A DNA stretch of 64,000 nt from Eledone cirrhosa (taxonomy: Eukaryota), in assembly GCA_964016885.1 (NCBI GenBank), contig OZ024743.1:151776001-151840000 (forward strand). The letters are read 5' to 3'. Shown here piece by piece: positions 46,977 to 60,778 of the stretch. Every line of letters begins with the position of its first letter. Positions within the stretch are counted from its first letter, which is position 1. The notes under the pieces are model-generated. The model did not search any database. It had not been told where the DNA came from and saw only the letters and a program-made list of their open reading frames with translations. Both the position numbers and the translations under genes were made by a program.

Positions 46977-48479
46977 GAATACAAGAAATGTCCCAAATGT
47001 TCAGTTAATGAAATTAGCCACAATTTATTATACTACTATGTTGTAGTTTTCCTGTTGCTTTTAAGTTGCCTTTTTTAATGTAAGTTAACTAAAATGGTAT
47101 TATTAGTTTTCAGTTTATTAACTTTATCATTAAAGATGAAAATTTGTTTACTACATTCCAATTAGTTTAATAGTTCTAATCATCATCAGATATCATATTT
47201 GTAGATATTGTAGATAGTGTCAGATTGACTTTGAACTGGAAAACCTTTAACTAAGAGTAGTAACGCTCTTAACCATTATGCAAAAATGTAACGAATTGTA
47301 AACATGTTTGTAGCCTAGTAGACAAGAACACTATTAACATTAGTTTAGAAATAATGGTTCTCAGTTCAAAATTCTGTCTGGTACTATGTATGCATCCAAA
47401 ATACAGTGTTAATGTAAACAGAAAATAATGTAAATATAGAAAAATCTTTCATCTTTCATGTTAATCTTCTGAAAAACTCCTCTCATGTATTTAGTAAGAC
47501 TATATTTTCATGTACACCTACTGCTACTCTCTTTTGTAGTTAAAACTCATATTTCACTGAAGATTTAACTAAAAATTAATGAATGCAAACAAGAGAATAT
47601 CAGTATTTGAATATATGCATCAATATTTCAAAGAAATCGGTTTGCTATGTAATTATGTGTGTAAACATAATCAATTGAATTTCATTTTTAGGGGAAATTT
47701 ATTTAATTTTTATATAACCTGAGCTCATTCAGCAAATATGACAAAAAGAAAAAAATGACAACATTTTTGAAAATTTGATAACAAAACAAATTCTTTTTGT
47801 TTTTAGTTTAGTAAAATATTCAGAATTTCATGCTTCGATATTTTCTGAAGCAATATATCTGAATCTAGATTGTCAGTCAAAATAACTAGTGATATTTAAT
47901 TACCTTTATATTCTAAGTTCAAATATTGCCTAGATCCACTTGACTTTTCAACTTTTCAAGGTGAATATAATGAATATTAGAGTTAATATGATAGCTTAAT
48001 GCTGATTGAAAGCTGTGCCCAGTATAGCTACAGTCCAAAGAATAAAAAAAATCAGAAAAGTAAACAAATGCATAAGCTGGATAAAAAGAGTTGAGTCAAA
48101 TTTCTTGGTGAGTTGATACACTAAATGATGAGGGAAAATAATTGTTCTTGTGTACAAAAACTCTTTGTATATTTCCTTCAGAATTTTTGTTGTATCCAAC
48201 ACATTTCACTTCAGCCCTAAATTTATACCATTCTTTTAAAAGAAAAATTAAAAAAACTATGAAAATATTCTATTTTAAATAAGCAATTTGGTAGCTCTCA
48301 ACTTTCTTCCTTCCCAGTTCTTATATACTAGCTTTGACCAAAGCAGACTTGTGAGGTGAACAATTCAAGAGTCACTGGCTATCTTCTTTGTAGGACTAAC
48401 TTCCATACTATCCATTTTTTCCTGTCTGAGGAATTGACCACATGTCGAGGAAACTCCAGTGAAATAGCATAAATAAACA

Positions 48480-48760
48480 ACTACACTCAACTATAGTGCT
48501 GAACCACATTTACAGTGAGTACTGGCACTCAACTATAGTGCCAACCACATTTACAGTGAGTACTGGCTGTGTTTTTGTTGTGAGACCTCCATGACCACTT
48601 TAAGGTGTGGGTTGGGTGCTTTTTGTCATGACACATACGTGACCACTTTACAGTGTGGACTAGATACATTTTGTCATGACATTTGAATGACCACTTTACT
48701 GTTTGGGCTGAATGCTTTTTGTCGTGTTGTCATCATGACTACTTTATAGTGTGAGAGGTG
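48480..48760 (-). repeat. RTE 3' UTR-derived ~40-bp minisatellite module
   Basis: Repeated GACCACTTTA(C)AGTGTGG..GC/TTTT..GTCATG units. Confidence 0.7.
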
Positions 48761-48880
48761 TGTGGGGATTAGGGAGGTAGGTATTTGGATGTGTGTGAAG
48801 GTGGAATGTTAGGATGTGGGAGGTATCAGTTCTTCATTTGATGATTTCAAACTGACGTGCAATAGCCTTTGACGAACTGG

Positions 48881-50067
<1,187 letters not shown>

Positions 50068-50071
50068 CATT

Positions 50072-50115
<44 letters not shown>

Positions 50116-50919
50116 AATGTTTTTTTTAAGATCCAAATTCAATAAACAAACCAGGATTTTTTCATTCTGAGGATTGAAAGCAAAACCTTTTGCTTTTAAG
50201 AAACCACTGGTAAATGGATTAATTGCCTTATGTTGTTTATTACATAATAATATATATATATATATATACATTTAAAAACAACAGAGGACTTGACTGAAAC
50301 ATTCTTTTAAAGTTTTAATGTTGCAAAAACACTATATGTATTTCAATGGTCTAGTTACATCATCTGATTATGATGCAAGACTAAGGAGATTTCATCAGTT
50401 CTACCCATTGGTAAACCACATAACATAAATGGTGTTTATATATATATGTTTTCAGATTGATGAAGTAATTTCCTGTTCGGTGGTGTTGCCCCCCCCCCCC
50501 CCAATCAGTCTATCACTTCAAGGATGCATTATTGGATAAAAGAAGGGAGGGTCATGCTTGAGTCTATGACTGCTGGCAACTGCATGGGCACCTAAAATCT
50601 TTATTGAAAGCCTACTACATACCCAAAAGTCATACTATATTTCAAGTGATGAGTTGTAGGGAAAATGGATGTAAAATGAAGATGATGGCTATATACAAAC
50701 ACACACACACTCACAGATATATATATGTGGCTGGTGTTAGGAATGGCATCCAGCTGTAATACATCCAGCCAAAATACAATTCGATTTGAGCAAGCTATGG
50801 CACAGCCAAATGGCCAGACTTGTCTCATAATTAGGATGACCTGTCTAACCCATGCAAACGTGGGAAAATAAACATTATACGCTGATGATGATGATGGTGA
50901 TATATATATAGTATATACA

Positions 50920-50982
<63 letters not shown>

Positions 50983-51560
50983 TCTAATCATTAATTCAGT
51001 TAGAAACATAAAATAGATAATGCACTTAAGTCGAAATTTCTAACAAATATTTAGGATAAAGACACTTTCTGAATATGTATATTTATTCACAAAAAATAAT
51101 AATTGAATGATGAAACCATAAATTATATGCACACTGTTAAATATTTCTTTTAATATGTTTTTCGTAAAATAATATCTTTTTGTTAGTTTGGTGAATACAT
51201 TTTCATTTTTACTTGCAGGGGTATCAGATTAACAATAGATTTTATAACTCTACAGTTATTGATGTACAGGTTTTATAAACCAATGGTGATAAATCTTTGT
51301 CATATGAATATAAATATTATAAAGTATTTTTAGTACTGTTATAGTTTGCTAGAGTATACAATGATGATGTGTTATTATTTAAATGTTTACCCAATAGACT
51401 TTATCTATATTTTATAACCTAGAAACATAATCCCAATATACTTTACATATACTGAATTATAAATGAATAGAGTCCTAAAACTTAACAACTATTTCATGAT
51501 TTCTGGTAGTTATGTCTCTTGAAATATTGAAGTTGAAGTCACATTTCTGTCAAACAACTA

Positions 51561-52039
51561 TCTATATATAAATTTGAGCGACTTCCATCTGTCTGTCTGA
51601 CTGACTGGCTCGATGATTGAGGAAAGAAGAGGTGATGATGTCACACACAGGAGATGACTGAGGAAGGAAGGGGTGATGACAAACTACAGAAAACAGCATT
51701 TAGCATTCACTACACTTGTATGAATAATCTATATATAAATTTGAGCGACTTCCATCTGTCACACAATGTATGTGTGTGTGTGTGAATATATGTATGTGTA
51801 AAAGGAAGGAAGGGGATGGTGAAAAAACTATAGCAAAACAGCAGCTGGCGTTCCATTTGCTATGCTGTGTATGTGTGTGTAAATGTATGTGTGAATGTAT
51901 GTCTGTGAGTGTGAAATTTTGTGTGTCTGTGTTTGCGTGTTTATATGTATATAATCATACATATAAATGTATGCATATGCACATACACACATGCACACAC
52001 ATATACACATACGCGTCAGCGTGTTGAAAAAGATTCTAG
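51561..52039 (+). mobile_element. Two adjacent short non-autonomous Helitrons (51561-~51718, 51728-52039)
   Basis: Both start A|TCTATATATAAATTTGAGCGACTTCCATCTGTC; the second ends with an ACGC/GCGT hairpin and CTAG|T. Confidence 0.8.
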
Positions 52040-52529
52040 TAACTAAAATTAACATGATGTGTGGATGTCATAAGTGGTGGCATGTTAAACAAATTATCCT
52101 ATGGTATTTGTTTACATGCCTTTGCAATCTGATTTCAAATTTTGACCAGGTTCAGGTTCACTTTCATCTTTTCATGGTCAATAAAATATGTTCATTGTTC
52201 AATATTATCTACTATACACTAGAAAGTGACACCCCAGCATGGCTTCTGATGTTCAATGACTGAAACCAGGAAAATAAATTTAAAAATACAGAATATATAC
52301 CACAAGCAATGCAATTATATTGAAAACATAGAAACAAATTATAGTCGTAATTGAGTATCTTAGTGAGAGAATTAGAGAGTGTGTTAAACAAAGCATGAAT
52401 CTAGATGTTAAGTGGCAACTCACATGCATTTAATAATCCTATTCAAAATTATATGAACTCAGCATCATTGAGTTGTATCTGGAAATAATTCCATAGTGCA
52501 GAAATAATTATGAACTAAACCCTATTTCC

Positions 52530-52834
52530 GTCCACTGTAAAGTGGTCATGTAGGTGACATGCAAAAAGCACCCAGTCCACACTGTAAGGTGGACGTGTAG
52601 GAGATATGGTAAAAAGGCTCCCAGACCCCACTATAAAGCGGTTGTGTGGGAGACACGACAAAAAGCACCCAGTCGACACTGTAGAGTGGTTGGTGTTAGG
52701 AAGGGCATCCAGCCATAGAAAACCTGCCAGAAACAGTTCTGTATGAGCGAGACATGGTCTCCCGACCAATCTCACATCAAGTGGGACAAAACCATCCAAC
52801 CCATGCTAACGTGGAAGATGGATGTTAAATGATA

Positions 52835-52866
<32 letters not shown>

Positions 52867-53215
52867 CCTACAACAGAATTTTACAAGGGACACTTTGGAT
52901 AGGAGAGGACTCTCCCAGTCTAGTCTAGTATGTGACAAACTATCTAGTTTTGGTACCACAATAAAATGCACCAAGTACACTTTGTAAAATGTTAGTGTTG
53001 ATACCGTGATAAAATGTACTAAATCCACACAGTAAAGTGGTTGTGCTGGTGTCACGAAAAACACACTCTGATGGTGTTGTGGTGGAAAAAATGCATCTAA
53101 CACCCTCTCCCCCCCCCCCGTATAAAGTGGTTGGTATTAGGAAAGGCATCCAACTATAGAAAACATGACAAATATAGAATATAGTAAGCAAGTCTGGTCA
53201 TTCGGATCTGTCTAG
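52530..53215 (+). repeat. Two RTE 3' UTR/minisatellite modules (52530-52865, 52950-53215)
   Basis: AAAAGCACCCAGTCCACACTGTAA units, AGGAAGGGCATCC, (GAT)n. Confidence 0.75.
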
Positions 53216-55569
53216 TCTTGAACTGTGACAACCCATCCAACTCATGCCAGTTTGAAAGAAAGAAAGAAAGAAGGCATTATTTATTTATCTATTTATTGTT
53301 TGATAATATTTATAGTGAAGGGAATCAAAAATGTCCAAGTTAAGTTTATAAATAACTAAAGAATATGAATGTAACTTCTAACTTCTAGTCTGTAGAAGCA
53401 TATTGAAGAATCGATGGTATTGGTCAATTAAATTTGCTATAACATTGAAAACTAACACATATTAGGTTCCCATTTCTGATGTAGTATTAACAAAAATGTA
53501 ATATGATTCAATATAATTACTGAGTTAGAATGGATCCTTGTAAATTAATCAAATCAATTCAAAAACCACTGAGGGATCCTGTATGTGATTGTTTGACATG
53601 TTAGTAATCGTAGTATATTCCTTTCAAACTATGCCTTACCATATTTAAAAAAGCAAAGATACATTGGATAATGTACCCTGGATACATTGTCTGAAAACAA
53701 GATAAGACGATCATAGCTGGCCTAGGTTAAACAATAATTATCCAGATTGGTTTGCAGAATTACTAAAACTAAACAATTTGACTATAAAATTCAATGGCTA
53801 TTTCAAAATTGGCTTCAAATAGGATTTGGTTGAAGAATCTATCACACTATTTTTATTATTGCTGTGTAATCCATTCTTTGTTTACAAAGAAAAAGAAAAA
53901 TATTAAAATCTTCTGCTATCAACAGGTACAGTAGTTTCAATAGACTTCTTTAATCCACCTCATATATTTTGTTTTAATTCTATTTCTTGTTTGAATTTAT
54001 CTATTAAATATTCAGTTGTTGCAGCCCGAGGAAATGTATTCAAGTTTCTAATATTAAAATAGAAAACATTTCTTTGTAAACTTCATAGAATTTTATTTAC
54101 TTCATACTCCTTATTGTTATGGTTTACCTTCATGTCAGCTTCAATCAAGCAAACCTATGATCAAAGACACACCACCCATGGCCATCAAATCTTTAAGGGA
54201 TATTCAAGTTTATTTAATTTAATTATTTAATGCATATTTTCCTTATTTAAAACAGTATGATTAATTTAAGAAAGCTTTAGCTGATATTTCTAGTATGTTG
54301 AACGACCATTTGTGGTAATAAACTTTTTTCAGAAATTTGGCTATTTTCTCCCATCTTTCCCTACTCAAAACCTTTCAGCATCTATCAATTTATAATGGTA
54401 TTATTACACATCCATACAAAGATCAGATGTTGAATTTGAAAACAGCATGAATAACAATATGTCCCATTTGATACAGAAAGGAGAATCAAGAGAAAAGGCA
54501 CTACTTCTGTAAATAAACTAGTATGTAGGTGCTGGAAGGAAAATGAATAAAATATAAAGATTTGTAGAAAAATGTAAAGACATTGGGGACTAGAAAAGCA
54601 ACAAATATGAGGTAGAATTTGGAATTATAGTCAGAAGCCTGGCGAACTGGGATATTGATCATTCATCACTGAGAACACTGTGACATTTTGACAGTATAAG
54701 TAGATGACAAATTAGAAGTTCCAGAGAAACCACTGCTCTCTGCGGATTGTTAAAAATAGAACACTTTAATTGGTTAGCTTCCCTCAATATCTTGTCAACA
54801 TACAACTGTAGGCGATCATCTCAACAGATAGCAAACAGAAAAGGAGAATTTTGATCACATTCTGGAAGATGTGTGTTGTTATCAGTAAGTATGCATCAAA
54901 TGAAGACACCCATTAAACTTATTGGATCTAAAATGCTTCTCATTTGATATTGTTACTCTGTTAGAGATAAAGTAGTTGAGAAAGTTTCTGGATAAATGTT
55001 AAGAGCAGATTATTAAAATAGGACCGAAGACAACATAGAGTTTCTTTTGTTGACTGCTTTCTTTCTTAAACAAAGGGGGAAAAATTATATTTAATTGAGA
55101 AGTTTTGCTAAATGTCATTCACTATATCACTCCTTAATTTAATCATCTAAATTTATGTCATTGATCCTCTTGAATTATTTACTTTGGTTCCATTTATCTT
55201 TTCATTAATTCTGTATATAATACAGGTGCAATTTCTATGTGTTTCCAATTTAAAATAGGTACACCATATCCCTGCATGTCATTGGTGCCAGAAAGGACAT
55301 CTCAAATAATTGTTTAAAAAAAGACCCCATAGTGACTATGAAGTCTATCATGGGGCCCACAAAGCTAATCATGGCTTTAGCAAAGAAAATGGCCTAACAA
55401 TATACTTGTTCAGTTGTACATGCACAACATTTTCAGAAATGTTTGGTATATGTAAAGATTAAATCGGAAGCTAATGAGATAAAATTAGACTGAAACACAT
55501 TCAGAGCTGACTCTTGCTTTCAAATGAAGATCATTTTTTTTTTTTCAAAGTATGTAAATGAATTTTGTG

Positions 55570-56205
55570 AAATGGAGTTCCCCTGAAGCAGGTGGAGAAG
55601 TTTAAGTATGTCAGGGTCATGTTTACGAGTGAAAGAAGGTAGGAGGCTGAATCAAGTGCAAGAATTGCAAGAGCCAGTGCAATAATGCGCCAGCTTCAGC
55701 ATTCAATAATCACAAAAAGAAATGTAGCTGTAAAAGCCAAACTCGCTATCTTCAATACAGTGTTCATGCCAACCCTTAACTATGGTCATGAATTTTAGGT
55801 AATAACTAAAAGAATGCAATTGTGAATAATAGCAACCAAAATGGGGTTCCTCTAAAGGGTCTTTGGAGTAACATTATTCAATAGAGTGCGGAGACCAAAG
55901 TGTCACTCCAGGTAGAGCTGCTACTTTTCTGAATTGAGAGATCACAGCTCCGATACTATGCCGTGGTTAGAATGTCTCAGGAAAGAATCGCTGGACAGAT
56001 TTTACAGGCAAAACCAGCCAGCAAGAGACCCAAGTGTAGACCCCAAGCAAGATGGTTGGATAACATCCATGATCTTTGCTGGTTTCACTTGGGAATTCAA
56101 CCTGATCAACTGGAGACAGTTGCTTCTGACAGGACCTGCTGGAAGGAGTGTTTGAGGACTGCCTCCATGACCCTCTCAGGAATAAGTAGGCAAAGAAGAA
56201 GATTC
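55570..56205 (+). mobile_element. Decayed RTE/Expander-like LINE 3' part
   Basis: LKQVEKFKY..RIARASAIMRQL..KAKLAIFNTVFMPTLNYGHE..VRMSQERI..GKRP-like..WLD; (GAA)n tail. Confidence 0.8.
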
Positions 56206-56489
56206 TTAATTTCTTAAAATTATCTCCTGTTTTCTTTGAGAGTCACTAATAATTACTATAGCTTTTTTGTTTTCTTTCTCAAACTAACAAGTGAATTTCA
56301 ATTAATTGAGAATTATTTTTTGCATATGTCATTCAATAGATACATCTCTCCTTAACTTATTTAAATTAATGCCACTGACCTATTTGATTTATTTCTATTA
56401 ACTTATTTTACTTTTTAGAGTAGTAATTCAGATTGTTAGAATAGTTACTAAAAAGCAGTTCAAGAATCTACTTCCTTCTATCTCCTTCA

Positions 56490-56720
56490 CTCACTTATTC
56501 CCAGTTGGAACCAGGAACATCACAACCTTCACAGGTAAGGAGCAGGAACTAATGGAGGAGGCTAGATGCTACCAACTAGATATAGTCAAGGTTTCTTCAA
56601 CAAAGTTCCATGGCTTTGATACTGTAGATTTGGATGGAGGATGGAAACTCCACTATTCTGGTGTAGTGCCAGAAATGACTGCACAGGCAGGAATGGGGAA
56701 ACTCACAAGCCCCTGGTAGT
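56490..56720 (+). mobile_element. RTE/Expander-like AP-endonuclease N-terminus
   Basis: VGTRNITTFTGKEQELMEEARCYQLDIV..LDGGWKLHYSGV..AQAGMG. Confidence 0.75.
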
Positions 56721-59126
56721 CAGAATGTGAACAAATCTACTCCCAGTTAACAAAACAAACTGTTTTACAGTGCTTAGTACATATGATCTTATGATTATGA
56801 ATGATAGGTTAGGAAAATAAAAAAAATATGTCTACACTGATCTTTTTACAAAATTACCTATACATCAAAAGAAAACATGTCTTTCAACTTGATCTGTGTT
56901 ATGGTTTGAGTGGAATATGATTATGTAGCTTCACCTAACACTATTTTAGACCGTACTATATAGTCTCTTTCAGTGAAAATGTTTCCTAATACAACCATTA
57001 ATTCTCATATACACCTTTCATTCCTAAATTCCTCTTTCTGAGCACCAGTTTTGTTCAACACAATACGATATTCACCATGCAGTGGTTTGCATGCATATAG
57101 TCATATAGTTAAAATGGAAAGATGCCATATATTCATACAAACAAAAGACAATATTAGACACAGCATCACAGAATCTCTCTCACAAATGCAAAAATAAATA
57201 TTTATAGTTACATACAAAACTAAAAATACAGAAAATACTGTATATTTGGACATACATAAATATATTTATCACCCCCCCCCCCATATATAGGTAACAAAAT
57301 ACAAACTTTCTACACACATATATACATCCTTAAATATTAAAATAAAATCTGTGTTTTCAAGCAAATTGATTATCAATAAAAGAAATCTACAATATGGAAT
57401 TGCTGAAGGACAGTAAATATGTAATTTTGAATAAAACTATTCTTATCAATAGATGTAGTTGATATACATTCAGTTGTAGATGCAACATTAAGGATATCTG
57501 CTTCATTAACCAAGTATAATTTTACTCTTCAAAACAAAAAAACTTCTATAGATAATAAAACCTTTTATTTATTATATTTGCTTGTATGTTTTCAACGAAA
57601 AATCCAGAGACATGAGGGGGAAAATGCATGAATAAAACTCACATTTCCCCTTGTACAAAGATGTTAATGTAAATCAACTTGCTTGAGTGGGGTTTCTTCT
57701 CTGAAAACCACCTTCTGCTGTCCAGCTCTCCTGATAGTTTCTTACCACTGACAGCAGCAATTGCAGTTGTTTGAACTTATTCTTGCTACATTCACTGTTT
57801 ATGGATTATCAAAAGGCCACTTCAGAATACAAAGATATTGTTGACAAACAGAAGAGCATTTTTGGAGATTCAGACATTATGAGAGTAATGTGTGTGTGTG
57901 TGGGATAGTCAAGTATTTGGAAATTAGTTTTGTTAACATTACAGTGGAATAGCAGAAAGTACTTTTTAAAGTGATTATCAAAAAACATTATGGCTCAGCC
58001 CTTGCTGCACCACCAGAAATGGTCTGCTCAAACAGGTCTGACTGACTAAACTACAATATTAAGAATGACATATCCAAAATAATAGTTTTCTGTACTAACT
58101 TTATTACGATCCTTCAACTACTCTCATCAGTTTTACATTTCTGTAATGGTTCCTCTATAGTGCATCTCTTTTGCCCTTGTGGTAGTTTATGATGACATTG
58201 TGTCATGAGTTATTGTAGTTACTATCTCATTGCTTTGATTAACTATGAAGTAGCCTCAACATTGCCACTCTACCTGCTTGAAATAGCAACTAGATTTCAC
58301 TCAAATTACACAGTACCATATAACACAAGAAAAGGCATGTTTGGGAAAATACAGACTGGTCAATAGCTGAAACACTTTTGAACATAAGTCTTTTTCAACA
58401 AGTCTAACCGATGGGCTAAAAACACAAGCTGAACAAGTATGTAATCTCTAAGATAAGCTCTTGCTATTCCTCACATTTAACAACTTCTTATTGGTAGTAA
58501 GTGCACCAGTTTTGTTTCAGATACACAACTTACCAATGAGATTTCAATATGAAATCAATAATTTATTTTGGCAAACAAATAGGAAGGAAAGAAGTTTTTT
58601 TTATGTATTCACAATAGAATAGTATGACATTAAAGAAATAACAAAATTAATATGTAATAAGCTATTTTAAATTCAACGACAACCATATGTTTTGAATTGT
58701 CAAAAGAGATGATCTTTTCAAATATCAATTTATTGAAATACAATGTGTTCAAACTTTCAGGCAATATTTCAGATATGCTCTGATAAACCTTTTGCTATAT
58801 TTTTTAGTGAAAAGAAATATAATAATAATAATTTGAAAAGTCATAACTAATTCATTTGAAAATATATTGCCTTGTTTAAAATTCTTCTGAATGAAGGAAG
58901 AAAAAGTGATTTTGTATTATAAAAAGAATTTATATTTTCTTTTTATTCTGAACTCTTAAAGAAAAAAATATATTTATCAGACTAAACTTATAACTTTAGC
59001 AAAAGTTTTATATATAAATTTATTTTACTTGAGATGGAATATCGGCAACAATAATCATTTATAACTTATGCAGAAGGTCAGAAATTTGGAGAAAGGGCTA
59101 GGTAGAATATTCAACCCCAATTCTTA

Positions 59127-60245
59127 AAATAATAGTGATGAAATTATTGTGTACAGTGCTCAGGTGCACTACAACCCATGAAAGGTGCATGTATAGTACA
59201 CAGAATAATGTACAAATGTCAGGAAAGTGAATAGTGTATGAGTCCTGATATACACGCGTGCATGTGTATGGAGTGAGGATATCAGGTGTAACGTTGGCGA
59301 ATTTCAGGAAGCATGGAGGTTTTAAAGGATGCAGTGTCTCGGCAGCTAACAACTGATGCAGGTAGTTTGTTCCATGCTTCAGCAACTCTGAGCATGAAAA
59401 CATGTTCCCAAGCCATGGGAGTTGTGCTGTTTTCTGACTTTGTAGGCATGCCCATGTGTGTTAGACACATGGAATTGTTGTTGGCAAGATAGATAATAAT
59501 TTTGTGGGTGTTTACCAAGTCTGTTGCCAGACGTCGGTGCTTCAATGTATCTATCCCCAGGGAAGCAAGGCAGAGTATGGTAGATGTCTGATGGAGGGTA
59601 TTCGCTTGGTTGCATGTCTCTGAACAGTTTCCAGGAGGTCAATATTCTGAGCAAGATAGGGGTTCCAGACTGGTGATGCAAATTCTAAATGTGGCCGCCC
59701 CATAGCTATAAACAGCTTTAAATAGATGCTGGAGAGCAGCTGACAAAGGCCTTACTGAGTGATGCTAAGACACCCTCAGCCTTCTTGACAATTTTAGAGA
59801 TGTGCTTTGTCCAACATAAATTGCTACTGATAGTAATGCCCAGGTCACGTTCACAAGAAGACTTGTTGAGATTAGTGTTGTGGAGGGAGTATGTGTACGT
59901 TGGGATTTTCCTCCCGAAATGCATAGTGGTACACTTGTTCACAGTCTGCTTGAGTTGTCAGTCCATGATCCATTGCTGCATTGTGTTCAGGTCTGATAGC
60001 AGAAAAGATCTATAGTGTTTAGGATCTGTCCTTTTTATCTCAAGGTACAGCTTTATGTCATTTGCATATTGCAACACTGTGGCATTCTTTAACTTGGCAT
60101 CTATGTCATTAATATATGCAACAAACAAAAGGGGACCAAGAACAGATCCCTGCAGTACACCAGATGACATCTCATAGGGTGAAGAATGCTGTCCTAGAAC
60201 CATGACTACCTCTTTTTTGACTGAGAATGAAAGACTTCAACCAAA
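59127..60245 (-). mobile_element. Decayed CR1-type LINE 3' portion, same family as 34990-38520
   Basis: SSGVLQGSVLGPLLF..YANDIK; its 3' UTR matches 38340-38490. Confidence 0.9.
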
Positions 60246-60506
60246 TCCCACAAAATTCTGAAAATGTGAAGGGCAGTAATCCCACAAAAGCCGCGGTCAC
60301 CTTGTCTGCTAGGGCAAAGTGCCTTCTCCTAGTCTTTCTACTCCAATCTACAGGTGTATGCTCAATGCAGGCCAATTCACATGGACCATGCCTGCCTCTC
60401 TCACCCACCTTTCAACAAACTGGTTGAAAGGCACCACTTCCCTCTCCACCCTGATTTTCCTCTTCAAGTGAAATCTAAAAAAGTTAATCAAGGCTTCGCC
60501 AAAGAC
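60245..60506 (-). mobile_element. L1/Tx1-like LINE 3' fragment
   Basis: GEALINFFRFHLKRKIRVEREVVPFNQFVERWVREA; homologous to 45058-45425. Confidence 0.6.
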
Positions 60507-60538
60507 TATTAGTAGTGGCGGTGGTGGTGTTGGTGTTG

Positions 60539-60573
<35 letters not shown>

Positions 60574-60778
60574 TGTAGTAGTAGTTATTGTTATTATTAC
60601 TATTCACACTCAGTTCATTTCTGGATGATGACTCTCCTGGTTTGAGAAGTAAGTGGGTTTATGGCATCATGAAGCAAATGGAACAACAAGATCAAACATA
60701 TATTGAAAGGGTCCGTAGAAAAATTATTTGGTCTACTTAGGGTGTTAAACCTTTTGTTAGTATATTTATAATGAAAGA

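Noticed and set aside
48480-48760. Regularly spaced ~40-bp repeats resembling a CRISPR array (also 31590-31830 and 52530-52700)
   Set aside because: Units are degenerate tandem copies with no unique spacers, there are no cas genes, the context is eukaryotic, and they belong to the RTE/SINE 3' UTR.
57640-57880. Exon-like segments with plausible splice sites on either strand (also 21236-21330 and 51219-51270)
   Set aside because: Several incompatible readings are possible and no protein motif is recognisable; they cannot be supported without RNA or homology data.
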